Of a DNA stretch of 64,000 nt, positions 38,959 through 52,600 are shown one piece after another. The translations under genes were made by a program, and so were the position numbers. Each line of letters starts with the position of its first letter. Position 1 is the stretch's first letter. Location of the stretch: the NCBI GenBank assembly GCA_002189035.1, contig NEEC01000002.1, forward strand, positions 186,001-250,000, in the 5' to 3' direction. A model generated the notes under the pieces. That model was given only the letters and a program-made list of their open reading frames with translations, did no database searches and was not told where the DNA came from. This stretch comes from Utricularia gibba (lineage: Eukaryota > Plantae > Magnoliophyta).

Positions 38959-39271
38959 TTCCTCTTCGTCTTGCTTGATTCAGACAAATGCCTCTGTTTT
39001 CATTACATGGTGGATCAAGAAAATCTGCAGTTTAGTGTAGTGAGAGCAAGCTTAGTAATCATCCTTTGACGTCACTTGCTTTGTCTTTCTTGTGTTTCAG
39101 GTTCTTGCTTCAGTTCGTTCTGAAGCACGCAACGGGTTGCTTGATTCAACCGGCGAATCCAGGTGCGATTTCTTCAGGGATTGGAATCCAAGTGTTTTGG
39201 TGAGATTTAGCCTCAAGTTGTTTCTTTGTTTGGTTTGGTTTGGTTTTGGTCTCCAGAGAAGAAGCAAAACG

Positions 39272-40236
39272 ATGGAAGTTCCAAGTGGCCAAGAAGAAGA
39301 GATCCCAATACCTCTAAACATTTCCTATGGTGGGGGCCAACATGGGCATGCCCATATGATACATCATCATCATCATCATCAACCTCCCCACAACCACATC
39401 ATGGCTTCTTCAGTGGGCGGCGGAGGAGGAGGAGCGGCCGGTCCCCAGATACCGACCAACGGCGCAGCCCCTTTGGCCGCCGTCGAGGATCTCCACCACC
39501 AACACCATTTCAAGAAATTGGTCAAGTACAGGGAGTGCCTGAAAAACCATGCAGCCGCCATGGGAGGCAATGCCACAGACGGATGTGGAGAGTTCATGCC
39601 TAGCGGTGAAGAAGGTTCCATAGAAGCCCTAACTTGCTCGGCCTGTAGCTGCCACAGAAACTTCCACAGAAAAGAAGTGGAAGGCGAAATCACCAGCAAC
39701 CCTTGCGAGACATGTTTCCACACAGTGAACCCAAGAATAGGAGTCGGAGGGAGGAAGCTCTTCATGGGGCACCCACAAGCCATCGGTAAGCAGCAACACG
39801 CCCCTCTCGATGCAATTCATATTTTAAAATACGTACGACTCAATCTCCGGAAATACAGGATATCATGGGGGCACCCTCATTTCCGCAAGGGCCGTCGCTC
39901 CTCACCAGATGATCATGCCGTACAGCGTCGGAGCCTCGCTGCCGTCGGAGTCGGAGGATCAGGACGACGGCGGCGGGGCGGGATGTCGGGGGGGCGTCGC
40001 AGCTAGCGAAGAAGAGGTTCAGGACGAAGTTCACACAAGAGCAGAAGGACAAGATGCTGAGCTTTGCGGAGAAAGTTGGATGGAAGATACAGAAGCAGGA
40101 GGAAGGGGTGGTTCAGCAGTTCTGCCAGGAAGTTGGAGTCAAGAGAAGAGTGCTTAAGGTGTGGATGCACAATAACAAGCACAGCCTCTCCTCAAAGAAG
40201 AACCCTGAGCCTAATCCTGATCAAAACCACGTCTGA
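39272..40236 (+). CDS. Zinc-finger homeodomain (ZF-HD/ZHD) transcription factor
   Basis: ZF dimerisation domain [30 protein letters not shown]...[14 protein letters not shown] and homeodomain [17 protein letters not shown]...[10 protein letters not shown]. It needs a 73-nt intron (39786-39858) and a frameshift correction in the G runs at about 39980-39994. Confidence 0.9.
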
Positions 40237-40830
40237 AAGACAGGAAACGGGAGAACAAACACTTGATTAGTATCATTTCCCTTCTCTTCAGATTTTGAGC
40301 CTTGCGCATAAAATGGAATGGATGTTGTTGTACTTTTTAGGCCCTTGTTGATTTACTTACATTCAAACCTTAGAAACCACAAAACCAATACCAATCCTAA
40401 TTAGAAGAAGGGGCATTAAACCGGGCAGACTGGGACTAAGAGTCATTGAAGAGGGAAGATACGGCATTCATAATGAGCATAAGTGAATGATTCCGGAAAA
40501 CACTACCCCCGGGCGGATTATTCTTTTTTATGAGACGGCTAGATAGAGAGTAGGAGGAGTCAAAAGAGAGGCATTTGAATGTACGTATGGCAACTTCAAG
40601 GCACGGCCTGCATCAGCTTTTAATGCCTAACTAAAGCCGCATATATATGTCTTTTTCAATGCCTTATTTTCCATCAATATGTATCTACCCAAACCAAGAA
40701 TAATTAAATTATTTGTATTTACGTGTACCATTCAAGTCTTGTGGTCCTCCCCCATACACTTATGCACACAACCCACTGCCTCTTCCTGATTGTACTCCAA
40801 ACCTCGCTTTTCTTTCTCCCTGAAGGAACA

Positions 40831-40854
40831 ACACACACACACACACACACACAC
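40831..40854 (+). repeat. (AC)12 microsatellite
   Basis: Perfect AC run read directly. Confidence 0.85.
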
Positions 40855-41634
40855 AGCACGTAAAATGAAATGAAATGCAATGTATCATCATCACTAATGA
40901 CTTTCTTCTTTCTAAGCAGGGATCTTTGTCCTGGGGTCAACGGGTGGGGGTATCGAATGGAGAAGTGAAGTATGTAGGGTACCTTTTAGGAAAGAAAGGT
41001 GCATGATGCATAGTCTGTGCCTCAGAATTATTTCCACTGACCTCCATTCCATGCTGCTGCTTGACCAAAGGATCAGTAAAAAGAGGAAAAAGGACCCTCT
41101 AACTGCATCAAATCAATTATTTTTACCAACTCCCTTCCACGCAAAATTTTACATCACTAGACAGACCCATGCTTTTCAAGGACGAGGGGATTTTAATTCG
41201 GAAAATTAGAGAGAAGGGGTGAATGAACATTCTCAAAAAGACGGGAGCATTCCTAGCAATTATGGGGGTGGTTTATTTTAGGCACTGCACTCTTGTTGGT
41301 CTTCACGGCTCAAGGGGGCAGGCAACAAGGGGGTTACTGTTTAAACAGCAAATACACGTAATACGAGACTCGACTCGACTCAAGTCAAACGACTCTGAAA
41401 AGAAGAGCTCATCTTTGCTCTTTACCTTTTCATGCAGTGTCTGGAAAACCCCAAGACCAAAAGGCTGGCACTGAGAAGCAATTTTTCAACATGCTGGGGT
41501 AGTAGAAAATCAATAAAACTCCAAATTGGAAGCTCCCTTAAGTGCCAAGCATTTCCAGGAAGCCCATCAAAGTGGTACAAGGGAACTTACAACAAATGGC
41601 AAAAATGGTTTTAAGTAGACGAGATACGGTTTCT

Positions 41635-42923
41635 TCATTTGAGATGAGAAAACAGCTTTCCAGCTACCTGTGGAGGATAACTATCGTTGTTTAGAATGGG
41701 CACTGTGAGAGGGAAGATGATGGAGCGACAAAGTAAGATGCGCGCTTACGCATCTGTCGACACAGCGCCAGAAATCGAAGTATTGGCCGGAGCAGTGTTT
41801 CTGTCCAGATTCATCACCCTTGATTCTCTTAACGCAAGCCTGTTAATATCATGAATATTGTCAAATCTGTATTAGCTAAAACTGTGGGTAAATAATACAC
41901 AGCTATAAAATGGTTTGCTGAAGGATCAGTATTCGTTTACAAAAACGCTGAAATCCATGATGTGCTATCACAGGGAACAACACATGAAAGCAAACAATGA
42001 AATAGATGCAGAGATCCATACCATGTACTCGATCATGTTCTAAAAGTATGTATGGCTAAATGACATAAACTAACTGAATAGTAGCGGAAGTTATAGAGCT
42101 TGCTTCTGGCGTTAAGTGAAAGATGCAAGATTCTAAACGACAGAAATCAGTTTAGGATAGTACAGAAATTGACTTGGCATGCACCACTCTCCCAATGATC
42201 ACAAATTATGCCGACTATGATACACAGTGCTACGTATAAAGTAAAATTACGGTAATATATAGAACCATTCCACTCTACGAAGACCCCTCCGTTCATTCAA
42301 AGGAAATCCAGGTATGATCAACGGATCCTCATGTTTTAGTTAAAAGATGACATATCCGTAAGCTGCCCTGAAAAAAATTGCAAAATGACCTGATATTCTC
42401 TAAGTGGCCGTATGCATGGCGCCTTGCAGCGCTCTTCAAGTTGGCTCTTTGGATCCACAGGCTCGTCATCGGCCCTATATATGAAAAAAGAAAAAGATAG
42501 ATAGGTTTCCAAAACAAGTTAACTTAAGAAAATGCTGAATAGGGAATCTCCCATTCCGGCGAAAGAAACTTAATAAACAGCTCGAAGAGTCATTACGAGG
42601 CAAACAGGGTAAATATGGTGTGAGCATAGCATCATCACCATCATCACTATACGCTAATCATATAGTAGCGACACTTGCTTCATATTGTAACCTTCAGCTT
42701 TTTGGAATATCAATCAGAAGGACGAAAGAACTTGAAGAAAGAAAAACAACATAAGATGATCACCATCGTTTGGAATATCAATCCGAAGGACAAAAGAACA
42801 TGAAGAAAGAAAAACAACATAAGACGATCACCATCAGAACAAAAACGAAGAAACCTAAAAAAGCAAAGGAGAATAAGAACCGAAAACGATTTACCCATGA
42901 AACACTAAAAACAATACTTACAT
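41635..42923 (-). CDS. QCR6: Cytochrome bc1 complex subunit 6 (hinge protein), 69 aa; absent from the ORF track
   Basis: Exons 42923-42922 (AT), 42474-42390, 41839-41750 and 41667-41635 splice to MADDEPVDPKSQLEERCKAPCIRPLREYQACVKRIKGDESGQKHCSGQYFDFWRCVDRCVAGKLFSHLK*. All introns are GT-AG and in phase. Confidence 0.94.
42701..42836. repeat. Two-copy 68-bp tandem duplication within a QCR6 intron
   Basis: Copies 42701-42768 and 42769-42836 differ at 5 of 68 positions by manual alignment. Confidence 0.85.
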
Positions 42924-43737
42924 TGTGAGAGACTATTACAACCGATACGACAAAATCTTCAAATCTGTCCGAAACCGCAAACGCATTCGCTTTAGAAAAA
43001 GCAAGCAATATCTCAGACAGCGCAATCGAAATAAAAGTTCACACATTCATCTGAAAAACTCATCCAAGAATTCTGGACGAGGATTACCTCGTTGTGCGAG
43101 GCGAGGCGGCGGAAAAGCGCTGCAACGTTCGACGACGAGGATGGCAAAAACGTGCTTCATAGTTGTAAACACACAAGCTTGGACCGGTGAACTCTGAGAC
43201 CCATCACGAAAGGCGGTTAGCACATCAATAGGACCCCACTGAGCTCGCTTCTGAGGCCTGCTCAATCTGGGCCTGGCCTGCACCGTGGACATGACCTTTG
43301 TGCGTAGGGGTCCGGGTCCATGTATTGTATTTAATGACGTCACTGATTTTCCCAAAATTAAACACCAATCCTTGAATCTTTAATCCGTACTATTTGGAAT
43401 ATCTTTGTAGTCAAATATTTGAATGAATCATTTTAATTCCAAAAAATGATTATCTTAGCGACTCAGCCGAAGAAGATTAAATAAAGAACGGTAACTTACT
43501 CCGCATGGTGAGGATTGAATACCACTGGCTCCCACGTACGAAGTGAAATGAAAAGTGATGACAAACAGCAGTCAGTAGTAGTACGATTACAAGGTCCGAA
43601 ATGAGAAGCAAGTTTTGTAGGCAAACAACAAGATGAAGGGTTGAAATCTAACTACCGATAACTGAGCTGGGGCCTCCGTTTTCGAAGTAGGATCCGCTCC
43701 ACAACAGCATGAACATGGAGCAGCATAACTCGGAAGG

Positions 43738-46241
43738 CTACGCAACACTCACAGACTGAGCATCTACTTCTTCTCTCTTGCTTTTGCATCTGCCGATATC
43801 AAACACCAACCAAACTTGTATCAGATACATGAGTCCGTCCGGCAATGAACAACGTTGATTCCCTCACCAGAACATTCCTTATTACATCAAAAGCAACACA
43901 AACAACCACGTGCGCGAAATGGAAAACGCGTGAGACATGCTGCAAGCATCTAGAATTTAAAAGAGCTTCAGGTTCACATGAAAATGATGGTTGCCGCAGG
44001 ACACGAGAAAAATGCGAAGTACTACGGTTGTTTGTGTTTTCGTAAAAAAAATATGATTTTAAGCACCTCATAAGAAACTTTTGAGTCAAAACAAGATATT
44101 CTTCAATTTCAATTACTGACCTGTTGCAATGTGTCCGAGAGGCGTAATTGTGATTGCTGCAGATCGAGCACATCCAATCCCCATCGCGCCAGTGCTTTGC
44201 TCTGGGCACCAGAGAAGCAAGTCAGCTAACATCACAATTATTGATGGCATGCACAGCTCACATTGACTCCTAATTCCTCTAAGTCACAATGCTGCTCCTT
44301 AGAATCATGCATGGGAAGGCATTTAAATTTTGATATTTCTTTGAAAAATTTGATGAATGCTGTTGCAAGCCAGAGACTTATTACTATCAGCTCTCACCCT
44401 TCAGCAGCACGCATATAATTTACTTGTCCAGGGCCCTGGAATGGCTCAAACCCTAGAAGGGGCTGCTGCAGAACATGTGCATGTGGTTTACAGAAGGATG
44501 AAAGAAGAATTGGCATAAAAAAACTTACTACCTAAACAACTTAACATGAAATCCCTTACTTGACCAGCATTCAGTCTCTTGTTATCCCAGTTATGAATAA
44601 ACTCTTCAGATGCCAGGCGTTTTGTTCCAAGAGCTTGAGCAGTAGAAAAAAATAAATATTGATATGTTCACAACGAAAGCCACTTTCAAATTAATGATAA
44701 AGAAATGAAGCAAGAAGCAGATATATCAAATAATGGACATGATTCTGTTTACCATTTAGAGTTTTAAAAATTGCCTTAGCCTTTTAGACTTGTCACAGGC
44801 AATGTCATAGACAATTTGAAAATAAAAATAAATACCACAGAAAAAACAGGATTTTCCGCATTCTGGTTGATCCTGACATTAAAATTCAAACTCTGAAACA
44901 CACCTGCAGATACAGGGTTAACTAGAGATCCATGTGTTAGACTTGGTTTTGGAGCACTGCACTTTTTGCACTGCAATTGCAACAAGTATAGGATGCTCAT
45001 GATTACATTAAAATCGTTAAACTTGATGTATTAGAAAAGGTCAGGTCTATGTAAGAACATAAAAGTAACAGCAGTAAATCAAAAAGGAAGAAGGATACGG
45101 AGGAATGCAGTTTGTAAGCATCATACTGAAACGAAAATTGCAGTAAACCTTGAATAATCCATGGAAATGACAACCACGACAAAGAAAATCTTCTGTTGAA
45201 ATTTGAAAAAAAAAAAAAATTTTTGTGGATGAATAGACTACCTGAATGCGGGAATTATAATTATGGAAACCACAGGCGCACAACCAATCACCCGAACGCC
45301 AGCCATTAGCATTTGGTAGTGAGGGAAATGAGCTACTACCACCAGCATAAGAAATGGCAGACAGGCTGTTACCTCCCAAGGGCCAAGAAGAAGATGGGCG
45401 AAGTCCATATGAACCTGATGCCAGGTTTCCATATTGGCCAATACCAGAAAGAGGCCAGAATAAGTTTTCCATTCCACCCGGCGTTCTGGAAAAATAAGCT
45501 GGATGAGTATGGACAGAAGCTCCAGGCACTGCAATCGCTGGCATTGCTGCAATGTCCTTAGGTTGACCACACTTTTTGCACTCCTCTCTTGATGCATAAT
45601 TGTTGTTAGTGCAACCTAGTGATCCATTGCAAACAAACCCACCCCAACGCAGCCAGGAAGAGATACAGGTGAAGAATACGCACGCCAACCAGCCACCCAA
45701 CACCAGTACACATACACAAAACATAAGACATAATTTGAAAAAAAAAATATAAACATATAATATATTTCAGTCTTCATGAGCACATACAGAACAACATCAA
45801 GAAATCAAATCATAGAGACTATAAAACAGTAGAGAGAAACAAATATTTCTCATTCTCAAAAAGTAGGTCAGGTCTACATCACTTGGTATAAACAGTATGC
45901 GTTTTAAGCAGGATGCAACAATTTACTAAAAGTATGAACAATAAAAAAAAAAAAACGAGCCATATGCACACGGCCCTTAAACTATAGAATCGTGCCATGC
46001 ATGTCTTAAGCATCATGAAAGAAATTGGGATAAAAAAAATTTATTCAAATGGTGTAATCATACCACTGCAGATCCAGTCACCGACCCGGGGAAGCCATTT
46101 TGAGTCTGCAGGTGTTCTAGTGTCAACTAGGATACGGGGCTGTTTGCAACGGTTGCAAACCGACCTGAACGCATAGTTTCTATTATGGCAATTTCCGCAC
46201 TGCCAATCACCTTCTTTCCCTCCGCTACCACTGGCACTCAT
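43738..46241 (-). CDS. RanBP2-type zinc-finger RNA-binding protein (four fingers)
   Basis: MSASGSGGKEGDWQCGNCHNRNYAFRSVCNRC, GDWICSGCTNNNYASREECKKC, GDWLCACGFHNYNSRIQCKKC and GDWMCSICSNHNYASRTHCNRC. Last exon ends TAG at 43740-43738. A 5'UTR intron lies at about 46374-46799. Confidence 0.9.
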
Positions 46242-48452
46242 GTCTTTCAATTGAATGCTTTTCTTATTCAGATTAAGTTCACAAGCTCCAGCTCGGGTTC
46301 CCGGAAACACACTTTAAACTGCCCCGGTCCCTCACTCCCGCCCAATGTTTTCAAGCCCTCAACCTCGACCTGAAGCATAAAATATTTCAAATCGTACAAG
46401 CACATTCACAAAACACATTTAAAATGCCCTTGAAGACACAAGGAAATCATGGGAAGTATTCGTAATGTACGCGACATAGAAACATATTCGTAGCATTTTG
46501 AAGCCTCAAACCATGCTACGAGCGTACCCAAAGATCGTTAAGAGTATGCACATCCACCAGCATACGCGAAGATCAAAATAACAGCACCGGATTCAAATCA
46601 TAGGCTGCGTTCTATTGGAGAATCACCGAAGAGGATACCAAAATTGGGAGAAAGAACAACAACTACGTCAAATATGTCAACCGATCCTAGAAACCTTCAA
46701 ATATGTCCCCAAAACGCGAACTCCGGTTATATAGATCTGAGAAACCCTACCCGATCTACGGATCCAAGAGAATGGGGTAAACATCACGGTGAGAATTACC
46801 TGGCGTAGGGCGGCGGAGAAGCGCTGCGGAGAATCCACGATCCACGTCCAGAAACTGCAGATATGCCCTTGGCACTTTGAGCACGGACAGTGTTATTGGA
46901 CCCCAGACCAGACACTATGCAGTCCAATGTTCGGCCAGGCCTTTTACTTCAATAGATGGATTTCCTGCATTTTGTTTAAAAAAAATAATATGTACAAATA
47001 TAAATGATCTCGGGACTCTTTTGGGCCTGGGCCCAACTTCAGGATCCTGTAGGGGCATGTGCTCGGCAGCATGCCTGCGGCTGCGTCTCCCATAGAGAGC
47101 TGGTTTTAGGAATACGTGGCACCTTGTCCTGATCTCCTGGGGGCATGTCCACCGTAGGATCTTTGTTTACTATTTGTCACGATGTCAATATAAGGCTCAA
47201 TAATTTGGTGCACATGCGCCCCTCGATAGCCACCAATAAAAATAAATAATAATCAAAGGATGGGTCTTTGGCGCTGCTGTCACGCTGATTAAATATTATG
47301 ATCATGAATAAGCTGCCCAACGTTTTAAAATTACTCCTTGTGCTTATTGCACAAGTTGGAACATTGATTAGCAAATGCGAGAGAATTATCCCAAAAAGGG
47401 GCTTGGACCAAGCTCCTTTACCAATGCTGTCACAAACTCCATCTTCACGTAAGAATTAATCTCCAAACATGAACCACGTGCGGAAAGGACGCGCTGTACT
47501 TTTAGCACAGCGGCCCAGGCCCGTGTTTATCCTCACTCTTTTAGAAAAATGGTTATTTCTCTTTTTTTTTCTGATATACTAAAAACAAATTTTTACACGC
47601 GATCATTTTTTTTCACATACATACAATACAGTGACTACTTTTGAAATACACCACTTTCCCGCAATATCTCGCTTGGAATGTTAAATAGGTCAGTCGAAAC
47701 ACCGGTTCATCCAAATACGTGAAATTTGTTAAAAGATCGGTATTCACTTCAAATACCAACAATTTACATTTACAAAAAAAAAATAGAAATAGATTGTTAA
47801 TTGTTGTTTTATAATAAACAATTCTCTAAATAAATTTTAAATCATATTCCCACCCAAATGGAATCGGGAGCGTCACCTTGCAAGGCGAGGGTCGGGGCAC
47901 CGATCCAAATTCAAATTCAAATCCAAATCCAACCACACGACCTGGCGCCGGGATGAGGAGGAGATTGTTGTGGTTGGGCCGTACAGGACGATGGAGACGG
48001 CGGCGATTGAGACAAATCAGCTTAGCTTCCCGAGCGAGCGCATATCGTGAAGCAGGAGCGATGGGTTCGCTTTTCCATGGGCAATAATGCGATTCTACGG
48101 GAACCCTAAACTAGGGTCGGAAGGCGAACCCCAAGGAGAATTAAATGTAGCAAAAGGACCCCTCTTCGTGTTCGTATTCCATGGCATCTCACCTACTCAG
48201 AGCCCATGGATAGCGGCTCATCCAAGTGATGGTGTGTTTTTAATAAAATAAAACTAAATGGTGGACAACAAAAGGTAATAAAAAAGGGGGTGTATGGCTC
48301 CCAGACAATGGTATTGATATTTCCAACTTGTAATCCACTTCAATATAACACATATATACAATATGATGATTATTATTATTATTTTAAATGGACAGAAATC
48401 GTCGGTATCAAGAACCTGGGCAACCAGCAACTCTGTGTGAAGAGAATCCTGT

Positions 48453-49630
48453 CTAAGAGAACAAGCCGAAGGTGGTTGCAGAAGCTGAGCTGATCCTCGG
48501 GAAATGTTTCCCGTAAATCGCCTCGGATTCCTGCAACGATATCTGTTGATTTTGCTGATGATGCCACTCCCATGGATCCTCCTCTTCCTCTTCTTCATAA
48601 TTGGATTCTAACTTGGGTTGTGTGTACAGAGTTGCTGGGTTTTGGGTCCAATTCGAAGACAAAATCTGATTTTGAAGATACCCATTCCAGGGCATGTCCG
48701 TCGGGATATCAGAACAGGGCACGGGGGCGGCGGCTCCAGTCTGTGTGAAGAATGGCGTTGCAATGTTGGTTCTCCACGCGCCGCCGTCGCAGTTGAACGG
48801 CATTCGTGGTAGTGGGGGTGGAACAAAGGTGGATGATGGGAAAGGGGGATTAAGAATTGGGTTGCTGTAATTGAAGGAGAGGAGCTCAGAGGAACTTATC
48901 GCTGGCGCTGCCGGGGGGCTGATTAGACGTAACAATTCGTCGGTGTCCAGCCCCGGGAAATCGTCGACGGAAACCGAGTGTTTCATATGCTTTAATTCGT
49001 CAACTGAAATCTCCATACCTCCTGATGTGGAGGAAGACGGTACCGCCGCCGCCGCCGCCGTGGCTCCGGGATTTTCTTCAATCTCCGGCAGAGGCTGGTG
49101 CGTATTGGGGTCAATACCCCTCTGTCTCAGTTTCTTCTTCAAAGACGAATTCCACAAATTCTTGATCTCATTATCAGTTCTTCCCGGCAACTGAGCAGCA
49201 ATCTGTGACCACCTGCAAAAGCGTAAAACCAAGAATCAACCGACATTCTCCATAGCCATGATCAGGCGCACTTTTCAAGCCACTCATCAAACAGAACACC
49301 TGTTCCCAAGAACAGCATGCAGTTCAATTATCAGATTCTCCTCCTCCAGTGAAAACGTTCCTCTCTTCAAATCAGGCCTCAGGTAATTTATCCATCGCAA
49401 TCTACAGCTCTTCCCACACCTCTCCAGCCCTTCATTGAAACACCAAGCGTTCAACAGGAGAAGTACATGGATAAGAGGCAGAGCGTATTGCAATTACCAG
49501 CAAGTTTGGGGACAGAGCTCCAGCAGCCATGGCCGTACTTGGCGATATGGTTGACGAGCTTCTCGTCTTCCTCAGGCGACCACAGCCCTTTCCGGAGCTT
49601 CTGCTTAAAGCAGCAAGAATGCCGGCCCAT
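48453..49630 (-). CDS. R2R3-MYB transcription factor, subgroup 13 (MYB61/MYB50-like)
   Basis: Canonical 133-nt (49630-49498) and 130-nt (49429-49300) exons, then 49212-48453. [25 protein letters not shown]...[26 protein letters not shown]. Confidence 0.94.
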
Positions 49631-52600
49631 GAAAGATGAAGCAGCAGAGATAGAGAAGAGCAGACAAGGGGGAAACCGAGGAGGCAGCTTTATAAACTGA
49701 GGGAGCGTCTCATTCACATTCATTGAGATTAATGTTGACACACACAAGGCTTAGTCTTTGTTAATCATTTCGCTTTTGTAACGTGTACATGACACCGCCT
49801 TCTCTCTCCATCCGCAAAAAGGTATTCTAACATCACGTTGCTTCGATTCAATCCCCTTCTTACTACACTTGTTTTCCGTCTTAACCACGCACTGTGTCTA
49901 AAACTAACAAGCAGAGATCCCCTCTTCTTACAAGAAAAAGATAGTAACCATTCGTTGCTTTTCAGGTATACGATCTTTGATCAGTCACAAATGAGAAGAA
50001 GGTGGCCAGCGTCGAGCTCTTCCATTAATACTCGAACTGTGTGTGATTATAGTAAACTCGCAATTAATGAACCCAAATAGTTAATTCCTACTCAACACCC
50101 TCCAGGTCGCGTGACTCATCCATTGTCTATTTACTAATGCATCTATAAAAAGAAAAGGATGCTAAGAACCAACAATGCATTCTATTTAGTATAGTTTCTT
50201 AAAAAGTAATTTCCCATTTTTTTTAAAAAAATAGTAACTAAAATTATGTAAATTCTAAAAAAATAAAAAAATAATTTTAAGTTTTAAAATTTTTTGAAAT
50301 CGAAAACACACATATTTAGTAACAAAACTGTATAGTATATCTACAAATAAAAAAATATTTGGTTACCTTTTTTGTATAATAGTTTAATTAATGATATATT
50401 TAAATGATTTGAGTTTATATAAACCTGGTGTTGCGGTTATAACTGAAAATATGTTAGATAGATATGTTTTAAAAAAATTATATTTGAAATATATGAAAAA
50501 AAAATTAAATTCGATACATTAAGAAAATTTAGGTAAAATATTGTCGAACGCGTTATAAATCACGTGTATATCAAAAAATACGTATACTAAACATGGTGTG
50601 TGAGTGACAAAAATAAGGTGTGAAGGAAAGGGCAGCATGTGATTGAAGAGATAGGTGGCCGCTGATTGTCCAATAATCTTGAGGGAGATCATTTTCCGTG
50701 TCATCACTTTCCTCCACACGTTATTTGCATACATTAATGATCAGAAACGAATAATTAGAGACAGGCTGATGACAATTATATTAATGCTAATTGCCATGAT
50801 TAATCAATTCATTAAGTATTTATTTATTTATTTATCGGAAAAGCAAACAGCCGACACCGACAACTTACAATGTTCCAATAGTCGTGCTTTTCAACCCGCC
50901 AATTAAAACAAGGGTTGCTTTTGAACACAAACCGTGACTTTTGTGGGCACTGCATCTCACATATGTTTGTTTTCAACATCGTGGTGTTGCGAAATCACCC
51001 CTTTTAAACAAAATATCGCAGCCACTTTTGCAATGAATAAAATGACAACTTTTCTCACAAAATCCCTTCCGTAATATTAGGATAAAAAAACATTTCATTC
51101 AATTGATCCAACGAGTATATATGAAATTCAAAGATACAAAAAAACATAGTTCATATTTACAAAAATTAGATCTAACACATTATTAATGATTCATAATCTA
51201 TTATATAATTGATAATATCATGTTAATTTACTCATATGGTCCCACGGCGAAACTATCTTAGTTCCATTAAGACATGTTTATATTAGAATTAATTCGTAAT
51301 CTTAACTTTTATTTTATGTAAAAAAGAATACACGTTGGATTTGGGGATCATTTATTAGAGGCAGTATGAGGGATGAATTACACCGACACGTCAATGACGT
51401 GAACAGTTATCCGGGCGGCTTATGAATGATGATCAAGCCACCATATAATATATCAATTTGATCCAAAGGGATGGAACACGCACGCGACATGGTAATCATT
51501 AAAAAAAAAAAAAAAAAGGTGCATCGGACACTGTACTGGCTAGGGGTGTTCTTGACAGCTCGGGGTACATGAGATGGTCAAGGGCATGGGAGAAATGGTC
51601 ACTACGTTGTAATAATATTTATTATTATTATCTGTGGAAAATATTATATTTTATGAATCCATTGCTTAGCTGGGTATCCCACCGCACGAAGAAACTACCC
51701 ACTCCCTTGATATGATTGCGAGTTTGGATTAGATCGAAATGGGTTTTTATCGCGACGGGTTAATCTTGTGAATTTAGAATTGCTTTCGCATGTGTTGGTG
51801 CTTCTAGCAACAGCAGACTGGAGAAAGATGAGACACTTTTAGTAGAATTTGGAACTTGCGCAAGGCTTGTCTTATGCCTGGGCTTCGTCCTTGCTACCCG
51901 AGTTGTTTTCACCGTTTACTGCGGTGACGGGCATCAGCATTTTACTGCTCTTCGTGAGATTAACCGGCTTTCGTGTAGACCTTCCAAGTTTTTGCGAAAT
52001 GGACAACTTGGTCCTATCTTAAGTGCATCTCAAGGAAGGGAAAGGGACAAAGTGCGTCGTGTGGACGAGGATGGTTGTCCAAGTCTCGTGCCCTTCTCGT
52101 TTTTCTAACATGTTGCAGTTGCTTGCTCCGGGCGTCGTAGGGTCTCCTACGCGTGAACTATCGGCCCCTTTGTCCACAGAGGGTTCTGAATTCGGTCCCA
52201 TCCAAACTCGATGGCTTGGCATTATAATTCATGATAGCGATGCCATTGGTTTTCTTGTTCATTCCCATTTTACAGTCACTATAAGCTGTTCATTTATCAC
52301 TAAAAAAGTAGGTGCCTTGTACGAAACTAGCACACATGCTGTGCAGAAGAGAGCAATAATGATCCTCACATGCATGTAGTAGCTTATCTTGGTACCCAGA
52401 AGAATGGATACGTGATCTCGTTACTGCATTCTGCCTATAAAAACCCTAAATCCCGCAGTCTACAGTTCCCTAAAATTACTTTTAAGGTTGAGGAGTGTCT
52501 GACAATGGAAGTACGTGTGACGGGCGTCGCTCGAAATTTCATAGTCCATAAAATCCGACAACTGCTACGGATTTGGACATTTGAGCGAGAGGAATAGATG

